From: Gemmatimonadaceae bacterium
GTDB taxonomy: Bacteria > Gemmatimonadota > Gemmatimonadetes > Gemmatimonadales > Gemmatimonadaceae
Direction of reading: 5' to 3'
Length of the DNA stretch: 64,000 nucleotides
Assembly: GCA_051859245.1 (NCBI GenBank)
Contig: JBHYGA010000005.1
Coordinates: 795,537-859,536, forward strand
Part shown: positions 29,401 to 39,025 of the stretch, piece after piece
Layout: each line of letters begins with the position of its first letter
Position numbering within the stretch: the stretch's first letter is position 1
Notes under the pieces: generated by a model
The model's input: the letters and a program-made list of their open reading frames with translations, nothing else
What the model was told of the DNA's origin: nothing
Databases searched by the model: none
Position numbers and translations under genes: made by a program

Positions 29401-31044
29401 CTGGCCAAGGTGCATGCGCAGCGACATCACCATCGACTCACGTAGCGAATCGATCGGTGGATTCGTGACCTGCGCAAATCGCTGGCGGAAAAATGCAAAT
29501 AGCGGATGCGACGCATGTGACAGCACCGCGAGCGGTGAGTCATCGCCCATGCTCCAGACGACTTCCGCGCCGCTGCCGGCCATTGGCTCAAGAATCAATC
29601 GCAGATCTTCGTGGCCGTATCCTAACGCGAGTTGCGTTGCGCGAAGTTGCGCGCTGGAACGCACGAGTGGTTCCGATCCGTCACTGGTAGGCAGTGTGGC
29701 CATGTGATGTGCCAGCCAGCGCGCGTACGGTCGCTGCTCGGCAACTTCGCGCTTGGCGGCGATGTTGCGAACAATACGTTGTCCGGCGGTATCCACCAGC
29801 AGCACACCGCCAGGGCCGACCTTGCCCGTCTCCACGATATCGCGCGCATCGAACGCGCCAATGCCCACCTCGGATCCGGCAACGACCATTCCATCGGCGC
29901 GGATCTTGTACCGGCAGGGACGCAACCCGTTGCGATCAAGTGAAACGGCAACCTGAATGCCGTCGCTGTAGGCGATCGCCGCCGGTCCATCCCACGGCTC
30001 AATCACACACTGGTGGTACTCGTAGAATGCACGAATCGTGGGATCAATATCCGGATATTTTTCCCACGCCTGCGGTACGAGCATCATGGCCGCGTGCACG
30101 GGCGAGCGGCCACCGCGCACCAGCAGTTCGAGCGCGTTGTCCAAACTCGACGAATCACTGCCGTTTGGGCGAATCGGTCGGCGCACGCGTTGCGCCTGAT
30201 CGCCAAACGAAGGTGTCGCAAGTAATCCGTCACGCATCGACATCGCATTGCGATTGCCCCACAACGTATTGATTTCACCGTTGTGCGCGACCATGCGAAA
30301 CGGTTGCGCCAGTTCCCAACGGGGCATGGTGTTGGTCGCGTAACGCTCATGAAACACCGCAATCGCCGTTTCAAATGACGGCTCGCGCAGGTCCGGGAAA
30401 AAGTCGGCGAGTTGCGCGCCCGTAACCAGCCCCTTGTACACAATCGTGCGACACGACAACGAGCAGATGTAAAACGGCTGCAGGCCAAGTGCATCCACGC
30501 GGTGCTCCATCTCTCGACGTGCCAGATAGAGCGCACGTTCCCACGCGTCGTCTGTTGCACCAGCCGGTCGTCCCACGAGCACCTGTCGAATGCTGGGCAT
30601 CGCGTCACGTGCGGAGGGCCCGAGCACGTCCGGGTTCACGGGCACATCGCGCCACCCGAGGCAGGGCAGACCGTCGTCGGCAAGCACGGCCTCAACAATG
30701 CGTTCCGCGTGCGCGCGCGCTTCGATTGCGACAGGCAGAAAGCACATGCCCACGGCGATCGATGCATCCGCAGGCAGATGCAGCCCCTGACGCGAACCTG
30801 CCAGCACAAACAGGCGACGCGGAATCTGCGTCAGGAGTCCCGCGCCGTCGGCCGAGAGATCCGCGCCCTGCGCACCGCGGTGCGCGAGGCGCGCGGCGGC
30901 CGCGAGCGCCAGCTCGACCACCTCGTGTGTGCGCTCACCACTTTGCCTCGCGATGAAACCCACGCCGCAGGCATCGCGGCTGGCGTATGGAGATCCAGCG
31001 TCAGCGTCGTAGAGGCTGACCCGACGAGAGGAGGAATGATGCAT
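26419..31044 (-). CDS. gltB: Glutamate synthase large subunit
   Basis: DACGVGFIA (Ntn Cys), HNGEINT, EPWDGPA, FAQVTNPPID, QGAKPGEGGQLP, CDMARQCHLNSC, GXGXG domain; ORF-track start 31467 is an upstream over-extension. Confidence 0.96.
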   Translation of the reverse strand: MHHSSSRRVSLYDADAGSPYASRDACGVGFIARQSGERTHEVVELALAAAARLAHRGAQGADLSADGAGLLTQIPRRLFVLAGSRQGLHLPADASIAVGMCFLPVAIEARAHAERIVEAVLADDGLPCLGWRDVPVNPDVLGPSARDAMPSIRQVLVGRPAGATDDAWERALYLARREMEHRVDALGLQPFYICSLSCRTIVYKGLVTGAQLADFFPDLREPSFETAIAVFHERYATNTMPRWELAQPFRMVAHNGEINTLWGNRNAMSMRDGLLATPSFGDQAQRVRRPIRPNGSDSSSLDNALELLVRGGRSPVHAAMMLVPQAWEKYPDIDPTIRAFYEYHQCVIEPWDGPAAIAYSDGIQVAVSLDRNGLRPCRYKIRADGMVVAGSEVGIGAFDARDIVETGKVGPGGVLLVDTAGQRIVRNIAAKREVAEQRPYARWLAHHMATLPTSDGSEPLVRSSAQLRATQLALGYGHEDLRLILEPMAGSGAEVVWSMGDDSPLAVLSHASHPLFAFFRQRFAQVTNPPIDSLRESMVMSLRMHLGQRGSPLLEKAEFARKLRIEHPVLLPDEMAALRSVPGFKAVTLDATWPATSRADELDSVLDALCRRAEAAIGKGVRLLIISDRKVSADRAPIPSLLALGAVRQHLVRIGLRAQVGLVVETGDAVEQHHVATLFGYGAEAVFPWLAMESVATLFSETVAHGREEESADRPGPSLAQSRLRAALEKGLLKILAKMGISTLSSYCGAQMFEALGLGGDVIDRCFAGTASPVGGIGLREIAEDVLARHRSAFGTHASSELVLPDHGRVRFRKEGERHAWSPPSVRALQLAVGSARKARNTDGGPDVESWQSFRASSSGSEAISLRDLIRVREGAPIAIDHVEPIANILTRFVSSAMSLGALSPEAHSAVTVAMNRMGARSNSGEGGEDPAWYTPLTEGSTDDRLDSRIKQVASGRFGVTTGYLVRADEIEIKIVQGAKPGEGGQLPAHKVTALIARLRHSTIGVSLISPPPHHDIYSIEDLAQLVHDLKTVNPRARIGVKLVASAGVGTVAAGVAKAYADYVLIAGHAGGTGASPLSSIKHAGSPWELGLAEAQHVLVQNGLRHRLELRVDGGFRTGRDVIIAAMLGAESFGFGTAPLVALGCDMARQCHLNSCPTGIATQREELRAKFRGSPEHVISYFAHVAQDVREQMAAIGVRSLDELIGRADLLERLDHPELPRSAMLDLSLLLTRAHRDGVPPRRTIARNVRPDVVSVDEQILTDAAEALASGAPFSGSYVVRNHHLAVGARVAGWIAEHKGDAGFEPGRVMLRCTGSAGQSFAAFAIRGMHVELEGEANDYVAKGLTGGEVTIRPFRNARYGGASHLNMIVGNTVLYGATDGVLLAAGQAGDRFAVRNSGACAVVEGVGNHACEYMTGGVVAVLGRTGRNFGAGMSNGVAYVLDESGRLPSRTNHDLVLLADLDEHDEALVQRLLALHRVRTASPRARALLDGWARTRMQWRKVQPRGAAEHVSSIRATWSARLDALLHTSSDKTNAASLTV

Positions 31045-31178
31045 GGCGTGCTCGGCGAAGAGTCCATCGTCGTGTGCGTGCGCGGCGCGTCGGTACGCGG
31101 CGTAGCTGCCCATCGCACACTCGGCCTTCGGCGCCCATCCGTCAAGAGTGCGGGTGGCGGATGTTACCGTCGGCGCTC

Positions 31179-31191
31179 TAGCTTTTATCGC
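31179..31191 (+). promoter_or_regulatory. Putative -10 element of a leaderless transcript
   Basis: TAGCTT 7 nt upstream of ATG 31192; no Shine-Dalgarno. Confidence 0.45.
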
Positions 31192-32520
31192 ATGACGACC
31201 CGCCGAGACTTCGTTCGCCACGCCGCGCTGGTGTCTGCGGCCTCGTTCACCGTGAGTGTACCGGAGCTTCAGCCGCGTACTTCGGCAATAGCGCCGGGCG
31301 AGCCGCCGCTCTCGCCTCAAGCGGGGGATCCCTCTCTGATCGCCCAGGATGAAACCTACTGGGCGAAGGTCGCTGCGCAGTATCGCGTCACCGATCGCAC
31401 GACCAATCTCGAAGGCGGGTTCTTTGGCATGATGGCCACACCGGTGCTCGAGGCCTACCATCGCCACATCGATCGCGTGAATCGTGAAAGTTCGTACTTT
31501 GCGCGCCGCGAGTATCCGGCCTTGCTCGCCAATGCGCGGGCACGGGTTGCGCAGGCACTCGGTGTTGCGCCGACCGAGATTGCGTTCTCGCGCGGCGCCA
31601 CCGAATCGCTGCAGTCGCTGATCGGTCAGTACAATCGCGTGAACGCTGGTGATACCGTGATGTACGCGGATCTCGACTACAACGCGATGCAGTATGCCAT
31701 GAATGCGTTGGCGGCGCGTCGTGGCGCTACGGTGGCAACGCTGAATTTTCCTGAGCCGGCGTCGGTGCCAGCGATTCTTGCGGCGTATACCGCAGCGTTA
31801 GATGCCCATCCGCGAACAAAGTTGTTGCTGCTCACGCACTGCAACAACAAAACCGGGCTGATTCATCCTGTGCGTGCCATCGCCGATATTGCGCGAGCGC
31901 GTGGCGTGGATGTCATTCTCGACGCTGCCCACTCATTTGGCCAGGTGCCGATTGAGCTCTCTGAACTCGGTGCAGATTTTGTTGGGCTCAACTTGCACAA
32001 GTGGATTGGTGCACCGGTGGGTGCGGGCGTGATGTACATTCGGGCCGGTCGACTCGACGCGATTGACCGCGCGCACGGTGACGAAGGGTCGCTCGATCGC
32101 ATCGATAGTCGCATTCACACCGGCACCACAGATTTTGCGACGGTACTCACGATTCCGGACGCTCTCGATTTTCAGGCTACGATCGGCTTTGCAAACAAGA
32201 GCGCTCGGCTGCGCTTTCTCCGAGACCGATGGGCGGTGCCCGCACGCGCCATCCCGGGCGTTGATATTCTCACACCAGATGAACCGGGGCTGGTAGGAGC
32301 GATTACCGCGTTTCGCCTGCACGGACGCGGCACGCGAGAGGCCAATCAGGCCGTGGCGCGAACGCTGCTCGAGGAGTTTGGCCTGTTCACCGTGTGGCGC
32401 AATGGCCTGGCCAAAGGCGACTGTGTACGTGTCACGCCCGCGCTCTACAACACGCCGGCCGATTGTGACCGATTGCTGGTCGCGCTGCGCGAGATCGCGT
32501 CGCGCTCAAGTGGCGCATGA
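31192..32520 (+). CDS. Class V PLP-dependent enzyme (CefD/isopenicillin N epimerase-like) with Tat signal peptide
   Basis: MTTRRDFV twin-arginine motif; RGATESL, LDAAHSFG, NLHKW (PLP Lys), VRVTPALYNT. Confidence 0.88.
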   Translation: MTTRRDFVRHAALVSAASFTVSVPELQPRTSAIAPGEPPLSPQAGDPSLIAQDETYWAKVAAQYRVTDRTTNLEGGFFGMMATPVLEAYHRHIDRVNRESSYFARREYPALLANARARVAQALGVAPTEIAFSRGATESLQSLIGQYNRVNAGDTVMYADLDYNAMQYAMNALAARRGATVATLNFPEPASVPAILAAYTAALDAHPRTKLLLLTHCNNKTGLIHPVRAIADIARARGVDVILDAAHSFGQVPIELSELGADFVGLNLHKWIGAPVGAGVMYIRAGRLDAIDRAHGDEGSLDRIDSRIHTGTTDFATVLTIPDALDFQATIGFANKSARLRFLRDRWAVPARAIPGVDILTPDEPGLVGAITAFRLHGRGTREANQAVARTLLEEFGLFTVWRNGLAKGDCVRVTPALYNTPADCDRLLVALREIASRSSGA

Positions 32521-32575
32521 GAATCTCCCCTGCGCAGCCTGACGCACGCGTGAGTGATTGCGCATACTTCGATCT

Positions 32576-33055
32576 ATGAAATCTTCGTGGATCAGTCTGG
32601 CGGTCTGGATCGTGGGAACGAGTCTGGCCGCGATCAGTGGCGCCGTTACGGCGAAAGAGGCGGCTCGCTTTTACGGATTGCTCGAGAAGCCACGCTGGGC
32701 CCCCCCCGCGTGGCTGTTTGGCCCGGCCTGGACCGTGCTCTACATCGTGATGGCCGTGGCGGCCTGGCGGATCTGGCGCGAGTTTGGCTTCGATGGAGCA
32801 CGTGGCGAGCTCATCCTTTATGGCGTGCAGTTGGCACTGAACGCGGCCTGGAGCTGGTTCTTCTTTGTCAGGCACACCGGTCTTGGTGCTACCATCGAAG
32901 TGTCGTTCATGCTCACCGCGGTGATCGCGACCATGACGGCGTTCGCATTGCGCGATCCGATCGCCGGACTGTTATTTGTGCCGTACGTCATGTGGGTGTC
33001 GTTCGCAACAGCGCTCACCGTCTCAGTGTGGCGGCGTAATCCCACATTGCTGTAA
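32576..33055 (+). CDS. tspO: TspO/MBR family tryptophan-rich sensory protein
   Basis: LEKPRWAPPAWLFGPAWTVLY, QLALNAAWSWFFF, PYVMWVSFATAL. Confidence 0.94.
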   Translation: MKSSWISLAVWIVGTSLAAISGAVTAKEAARFYGLLEKPRWAPPAWLFGPAWTVLYIVMAVAAWRIWREFGFDGARGELILYGVQLALNAAWSWFFFVRHTGLGATIEVSFMLTAVIATMTAFALRDPIAGLLFVPYVMWVSFATALTVSVWRRNPTLL

Positions 33056-33072
33056 AACCCTTACTCCCCCAC

Positions 33073-34887
33073 ATGACGTTTCCGCCGCTGCCGCCGGCTA
33101 TTGAGGAAATGTTCGACGTGATCCGCCCGCTTGGTCAGGGTGGAATGGGTGCCGTGTGGCTTGTGCGCGATCGATTTCTTGAGCGTGAAGTTGCGCTCAA
33201 GGTGTTGCTCGACGAGCACACGGGTTTTGACATGCGCGAGCGTTTCCTGCGAGAAGCGCGCACGAGTGCACGTCTTGAACATCCGCACATCATCGACGTG
33301 TACCGCGCCGATGAAACAGAAGGCAGCGTCTGGTTCACCATGCGGTACGTGGAGGGCGAGACACTCGGCGATCGCATTCGGGAGCGCGGCGCGCTGCCCG
33401 TGGCCGATGTGGCGCGCATTCTTCGTGAAGTGGCCTGGGGGCTCGCCTACGCGCACGCGCGCGGCATTGTGCACCGCGATATCAAACCCGACAACATTCT
33501 GCTCGATCGTGAATCCGGGCGCGCCGTGCTGTCGGACTTCGGTATTGCGCGCGATCCGTCGAACAAGGCGAGTGGTCTGACCGTTGACGGGCACGTGCTC
33601 GGTTCGGTTCACTTCATGAGTCCTGAACAGGCGTCCGGCGAAGAGCTAGACGGACGCAGTGATCTGTACGCGGTTGGTGTGGTGGGCTATCTCGCATTGA
33701 GTGGCAAACTGCCGTTTGATGGCACGCCGCAAAGTGTGCTCGTGTCTCACGTGACCAAAGCAGTACCGTCACTCGACGACGTCGCGCCAAGTTTGCCGCG
33801 CAGTATTGTTGATGTGATTGAGCGCTGTCTCCGAAAGAATCCGGCCGATCGGTATGCATCGGCAGACGCACTCGCGGGTGCGCTCGACGCCGCCATGCGC
33901 GACGCGCAACAAATCGCTCAGCGTGACGCAGACTCGTCGCCCGGCGCGGTGCTTTCGTCGGAGGACGCACTGGTGATCTGGCAGCGCGCCGCACAGTTGC
34001 AGGCGGAAGCGGCTCATCGCATGGAGCGCAATGCGCGGTTGCAGAGCAACAATGGCGCGAACGCTGGTGTGAGTGAGCCGGGTAGCTTTCGTGTGGCGGA
34101 AGTTGAGGCCGCCGCTGTCGAAGCGGGCATTTCGCGACAGTATGTGGCGTTGGCGCTGGCAGAGCGGCGGGCTGGCGATCGGAACGCGAATGCCGTCGTG
34201 CTGAGTGAATCACAGGACGCACAGTTTACCGCGCTGCTTGGCACGAAGGACCGCGCCGTCAGCGTATCGCGTGTGATCCCAGCGTCGCCCAAGGTCACGC
34301 TGGCGGCGATCGGCGCCGTGTTCACCGCCGATCCGTATCGGCTCAATGTCCGCGACACGGTGAACGGCCATCCGATTGACGGAGGCATTCTGCGTTTCAC
34401 CGCGCCGCGATTTACCACGGCGGCCTGGATCACCGGTGCAACATCCAAAAGCAATCTGCTGTATCGTTTGGAGCAGATTGAGTTGTTCGATCTCAACGTG
34501 ACGCTGCAGCCACGCGGCACGCCGCAGCATCCGGCCTGCGAAGTGATCATTACGGGCGATCTGCGCAGTGGACTTGAACGCAATCTGCGCGCCGACAAGT
34601 GGATTGTGGGCACCAGTACCGTGATCGCCGGCGCCGGTGGAACGGCCGCACTGATCGGCACGATGGGATCGCTCGCCCTCGCGGCGCTGCCCGGAGTGGG
34701 GCTCGCCGCGATGGCTGGCAGCGCGGCGTTGGTGTGGTATCGCTGGCTCTTCCGTCAGGCGCTAGCCAAGGCCGTCATCGAGCTTGAAGGCTTGCTCGAA
34801 AGCATCGAGAAGTATCTCTCGCGCAAAGAACTTTTTGGAGATCTGGACGAGCGCGGCAACGTGCCGCGTCTTGGCGGAGCGCGCTAG
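33073..34887 (+). CDS. Hanks-type Ser/Thr protein kinase with uncharacterised C-terminal region and Gly-rich membrane hairpin
   Basis: LGQGGMGAVW, VALK, HRDIKPDN, DFG, MSPEQ, DLYAVG; two hydrophobic segments near the C-terminus. Confidence 0.93.
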   Translation: MTFPPLPPAIEEMFDVIRPLGQGGMGAVWLVRDRFLEREVALKVLLDEHTGFDMRERFLREARTSARLEHPHIIDVYRADETEGSVWFTMRYVEGETLGDRIRERGALPVADVARILREVAWGLAYAHARGIVHRDIKPDNILLDRESGRAVLSDFGIARDPSNKASGLTVDGHVLGSVHFMSPEQASGEELDGRSDLYAVGVVGYLALSGKLPFDGTPQSVLVSHVTKAVPSLDDVAPSLPRSIVDVIERCLRKNPADRYASADALAGALDAAMRDAQQIAQRDADSSPGAVLSSEDALVIWQRAAQLQAEAAHRMERNARLQSNNGANAGVSEPGSFRVAEVEAAAVEAGISRQYVALALAERRAGDRNANAVVLSESQDAQFTALLGTKDRAVSVSRVIPASPKVTLAAIGAVFTADPYRLNVRDTVNGHPIDGGILRFTAPRFTTAAWITGATSKSNLLYRLEQIELFDLNVTLQPRGTPQHPACEVIITGDLRSGLERNLRADKWIVGTSTVIAGAGGTAALIGTMGSLALAALPGVGLAAMAGSAALVWYRWLFRQALAKAVIELEGLLESIEKYLSRKELFGDLDERGNVPRLGGAR

Positions 34888-36377
34888 TGCGTATGGGCGA
34901 GCCACGCCGTGTGCGGCTCGCGGTAATCGGTGGTGGCTGTTCGGGCATCGCCATGGCGGCGCAGCTGCGCACGCAGGGCATCGAAGACTTTGTGATTCTC
35001 GAACGCGCCGCTGATCTTGGTGGCACGTGGCGAGATAACTCGTATCCGGGATGCGCGTGCGATGTGCAGTCGGCGCTGTATTCGTTTTCGTTCGCACCCA
35101 ATCCGGAGTGGACCCGCACCTTCTCGCCGCAGGCGGAGATCTGGGCGTATCTGCGCCGGTGTGCCGAGCAACTTGATCTGCTCAAACATTTTGCGTTCAA
35201 TCAGGATGTGCAAAGTGCACACTGGAGCGAACAGGACGCCTGTTGGCGGATCACAACGCGCGCCGGCGAGTGGAGAGCGAATGCGCTGGTCCTCGCGAGC
35301 GGAGCGCTCAGTGATCCCGTGGTGCCAGCGATCGATGGCCTGGCAAGCTTTCAGGGCCGCGTGTTTCACTCCGCGCAGTGGGACCATACGTTCGATTTCA
35401 GCAACGCGCGCGTGGCGGTAGTGGGGACTGGCGCGTCGGCAATACAGTTTGTGCCGCGCATTCAACCACACGTCTCGCAGTTGCATCTGTTTCAGCGCTC
35501 CGCACCATGGGTGCTACCGCGCCGAGATCGCGCGGTACCCGAGTGGCGCAAACGCGTGTATCGCGCAATCCCGGCCGCGCAGCGAGCATCGCGCGCCGCG
35601 GTGTACCTACTTCGTGAGTTGATCTTCTTTCCGTTTCGATATCCGCAGCTGGTTGGGCTTGCCGAGGCGGTCGCGCAGTGGCATCTCAAGTCGCAGGTCA
35701 AGAATGCAGCGCTGCGCGAGAAGCTCACGCCAACTTATCGGCTGGGTTGCAAACGTGTGCTGGTGTCCGACGACTACTACCCGGCCGTTGCGCAGCCCAA
35801 CGTTTCTCTCATCACACAACCGATCGCGCGCGTGAACGCGCACGGTGTGGAAACGGTCAACGGCGAGCAGCACACGGTTGACGCGATCATTTTCGGCACC
35901 GGATTTCGACCCACCGATCCACCGCTCGCTCCGCACATCACCGGACGCGACGGCCGCACGCTCGACGACGTCTGGCAGGGGAGTCCGTCGGCCTATCGTG
36001 GCACAACCGTTGCCGGGTTCCCCAACTTCTTCGTATTGCTCGGCCCCAACACGGGCCTTGGGCACACATCAATTCTGCTGATGGTGGAAGCGCAGACGCG
36101 TCATGTGGCGCAAGTGCTTGCGGCCATGGACAAGCGCGGTGCGCGTTCGGTTGAACCAACCAGCGAAGCGCAGCGCGCCTTTGATCGATGGATCGAAACC
36201 AATCTCGCCCGCACCGTGTGGAACACCGGCGGGTGCCGCAGTTGGTATCTCGACGCCAATGGTCGAAACTCCACGCTCTGGCCGTTTGGCATTGGGCGCT
36301 TTCGCCGTCTGATGTCGCACCTCGATGAACGCGACTATCGCTTTACGATCGCGCACCCTTCGCCCAACGCCTCATGA
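34887..36377 (+). CDS. Baeyer-Villiger-type flavin monooxygenase
   Basis: GGGCSG, GGTWRDNSYPG, BVMO fingerprint FQGRVFHSAQW, GTGASA, GCRSWY. Confidence 0.92.
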   Translation: MRMGEPRRVRLAVIGGGCSGIAMAAQLRTQGIEDFVILERAADLGGTWRDNSYPGCACDVQSALYSFSFAPNPEWTRTFSPQAEIWAYLRRCAEQLDLLKHFAFNQDVQSAHWSEQDACWRITTRAGEWRANALVLASGALSDPVVPAIDGLASFQGRVFHSAQWDHTFDFSNARVAVVGTGASAIQFVPRIQPHVSQLHLFQRSAPWVLPRRDRAVPEWRKRVYRAIPAAQRASRAAVYLLRELIFFPFRYPQLVGLAEAVAQWHLKSQVKNAALREKLTPTYRLGCKRVLVSDDYYPAVAQPNVSLITQPIARVNAHGVETVNGEQHTVDAIIFGTGFRPTDPPLAPHITGRDGRTLDDVWQGSPSAYRGTTVAGFPNFFVLLGPNTGLGHTSILLMVEAQTRHVAQVLAAMDKRGARSVEPTSEAQRAFDRWIETNLARTVWNTGGCRSWYLDANGRNSTLWPFGIGRFRRLMSHLDERDYRFTIAHPSPNAS

Positions 36378-37417
36378 AGTATCAACTCGAGGCGGCATTT
36401 GCCAGACTGACGAGTCGACTTCCGTCTGCATTGCTTCTGCGTGTGATCAACGAGCCGGCAACGGTTTGCGACGGTCACACGCTGGATCCACAGGTGCAGT
36501 TTTTGCTGCGCATGCAACAACTCACTGGCCGCCCCGGGTTCTGCGACCCAACGCCCGAGGCGGGGCGGCAGCGGTACCGTGCGGAAACATCGGCGCATGT
36601 TCGTTCACCCACTGCGGTGGGGAGCGTGCGCGATATCGCGATTCCTGCCGATGCTCGCACGTTGCGCGCGCGACACTACGCACCGGCGGCGACAGCGTCA
36701 TCGCCAACGCCGCTGCTGGTGTACTTGCATGGCGGTGGATTTGTGATCGGTGATCTCGATACGCACGATGAACCCTGTCGCTTGTTGTGTCACCACGCCC
36801 AGACACACGTACTGAGCGTTGAATACCGGCTGGCACCCGAACACCCGTTTCCGGCGGCGGTCGAGGACAGCATTTTCGCGCTTGCGTGGGCGCAGGAGCA
36901 CGCACTGTCGCTCGGCGCGGATCCCACGCGGGTGTGTGTTGGTGGAGACAGCGCCGGGGCCAACCTGGCCACCGTGGCGGCTCATGTTCGCGCCTTGCAA
37001 GGGCGGGCCGCCTCCGCACAGTTGCTGATCTATCCGGTGATGGATCGCGCGGAAACGTCGTCACGTCGCGATTTTGCCAGGGGATTCCTGCTCGAGCAGC
37101 GTGACATGCTCGCGTTCGACCGGTATTACACCCCCGAACCCGTCGGCGATGATCGTGTCTGGCAGGTGAATCCGCTGCATGCGCCCGAACTGCACCGTTT
37201 ACCGCCAACGATGCTCGTGACGGCTGGTTTTGATCCGTTGCGTGACGAAGGGCAGGCCTACGCCAGCGCGCTCCGGGCCGCGGGCGTGTCGGTTCGTGAA
37301 CGCTGCGAAGGTTCGCTTGTGCATGGATTTCTGCACATGACCGCTGCGGTTCCCGCGGCCGCCCGCGCCACGCGTGAGATCGCCGCCGAGTGGCGAGCGC
37401 TTGTCACGCCCGCATAG
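36374..37417 (+). CDS. Alpha/beta hydrolase, family IV (HSL-like) esterase
   Basis: [31 protein letters not shown]. Confidence 0.93.
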   Translation: MKYQLEAAFARLTSRLPSALLLRVINEPATVCDGHTLDPQVQFLLRMQQLTGRPGFCDPTPEAGRQRYRAETSAHVRSPTAVGSVRDIAIPADARTLRARHYAPAATASSPTPLLVYLHGGGFVIGDLDTHDEPCRLLCHHAQTHVLSVEYRLAPEHPFPAAVEDSIFALAWAQEHALSLGADPTRVCVGGDSAGANLATVAAHVRALQGRAASAQLLIYPVMDRAETSSRRDFARGFLLEQRDMLAFDRYYTPEPVGDDRVWQVNPLHAPELHRLPPTMLVTAGFDPLRDEGQAYASALRAAGVSVRERCEGSLVHGFLHMTAAVPAAARATREIAAEWRALVTPA

Positions 37418-37425
37418 TTTGCAGC
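37415..37425 (+). promoter_or_regulatory. Putative -10 element of a leaderless transcript
   Basis: TAGTTT, overlapping the esterase stop, 5 nt upstream of ATG 37426; no Shine-Dalgarno. Confidence 0.35.
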
Positions 37426-39021
37426 ATGTCAGACGAACGCCTTTCTCCCTCAGGAATTCCGCTGCCGGTGGCCGCCCGCCCGGCTGACGCGCCCATCGAC
37501 TACGCCAACGACCTTGGCGATCCCGGCGTGTTTCCGTACACGCGCGGCGTACAGCCCAACATGTATCGCGGCCGACACTGGACCATGCGCCAGTACGCGG
37601 GATTCGGCACGGCGCAGGCGACCAACACCCGCTTCAAGCTGTTGCTTGAAGCGGGCCAAACCGGTCTGTCGGTGGCGTTCGATCTGCCCACGCAAATGGG
37701 GCTCGATTCGAGTGACCCACGCGCGCTCGGCGAAGTGGGGCGTGTAGGTGTCGCGATCGACACTGTGGATGACATGCACACATTGCTCGACGGGATTCCG
37801 CTCGACAAAGTGTCAACATCCATGACGATCAACGCCACGGCCGCGACGTTGCTGGCCATGTACATCGTGGTGGCGGAAGAGCGGGGTATCGCACGCAGCG
37901 CACTCTCGGGCACCACGCAGAACGATATTCTCAAAGAGTACATCGCGCGCGGTACGTACATTTATCCACCGGCGCCGTCGCTTGCACTCACGGCGGAAAC
38001 GTTCAGGTTCTGCGCGCAGGAAGTGCCCAGCTGGAATCCGATTTCCATTTCGGGCTATCACATCCGTGAAGCGGGCAGTACGGCTGTACAGGAAGTGGCG
38101 TTCACGTTTGCTGATGGACTGGCGTACGTGCAACAGGCCATCGATACCGGCCTCGCGGTGGATGATTTTGCACCGCGACTGTCGTTCTTCTTTGCCGCAC
38201 ATAACGATCTGTTCGAAGAAGTGGCCAAGTTTCGTGCGGCTCGCCGTTTGTGGGCGCGGCTCATGCGCGATCGGTTCTCGGCGAACGAGAAATCATGTCG
38301 CCTTCGCTTTCACACACAAACGGGTGGTGTTACACTCACCGCGCAGCAGCCGCTGACCAACGTGGTGCGCGTCACGGTGCAAGCGCTTGCCGCGGCGCTC
38401 GGTGGCACGCAGTCACTGCACACCAACGGCTACGACGAAGCGCTCGCCCTTCCGACGGGTGAATCGGCCACGCTGGCGCTGCGCACGCAGCAGGTGATCG
38501 CGTACGAAAGCGGTCTGGCGCAAACGGTCGATCCACTCGCTGGCAGCTGGTACGTGGAGCAGCTCACCAACGAAATTGAGTCGCGTGCCATGGCGCTGAT
38601 TACGCACGTCGATGAACTCGGCGGCGCCGTGGCTGGCATTGAAGCCGGTTTCTTTCAGGACGAAATCGGACGGAGCGCCTACGCGCAACAACTGCGTATT
38701 GAGGCGGGTGAAACGGTTATCGTTGGCGTTAACAAGTTTGGTGACGGGCAGGATCCCCCAATCATTCCTGCGCCTGATTTCTCCGCGCTTGAACTGGAGC
38801 AGGTCGCGCGTTTGCGCGAGTGCAAGGCACATCGTGATGATGCCGCGGTTCAGCAGTCGTTGTCTGCGCTGCGCGCCGCGGCGCCATCGTATTTGCCGGA
38901 GCATATTGGCGAGCGCACACATCTCATGCCGCTCGTGATTGACGCGGTACGCGCGCGTGCATCGGTTGGTGAAATCGCTGCGGCGCTTGGTGAGGTGTGG
39001 GGGCGCTACCAGCCCGTGTAG
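37426..39021 (+). CDS. Methylmalonyl-CoA mutase, substrate-binding large subunit (no B12-binding domain)
   Basis: [43 protein letters not shown]; ends without a DxHxxG domain. Confidence 0.93.
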   Translation: MSDERLSPSGIPLPVAARPADAPIDYANDLGDPGVFPYTRGVQPNMYRGRHWTMRQYAGFGTAQATNTRFKLLLEAGQTGLSVAFDLPTQMGLDSSDPRALGEVGRVGVAIDTVDDMHTLLDGIPLDKVSTSMTINATAATLLAMYIVVAEERGIARSALSGTTQNDILKEYIARGTYIYPPAPSLALTAETFRFCAQEVPSWNPISISGYHIREAGSTAVQEVAFTFADGLAYVQQAIDTGLAVDDFAPRLSFFFAAHNDLFEEVAKFRAARRLWARLMRDRFSANEKSCRLRFHTQTGGVTLTAQQPLTNVVRVTVQALAAALGGTQSLHTNGYDEALALPTGESATLALRTQQVIAYESGLAQTVDPLAGSWYVEQLTNEIESRAMALITHVDELGGAVAGIEAGFFQDEIGRSAYAQQLRIEAGETVIVGVNKFGDGQDPPIIPAPDFSALELEQVARLRECKAHRDDAAVQQSLSALRAAAPSYLPEHIGERTHLMPLVIDAVRARASVGEIAAALGEVWGRYQPV

Positions 39022-39025
39022 CTGC

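Noticed and set aside
30412..31467. Apparent 1-kb head-to-head overlap of gltB and the PLP enzyme
   Set aside because: Artefact of longest-ORF starts; homology begins near 31044 (gltB) and 31192 (Tat signal), leaving a normal divergent gap.
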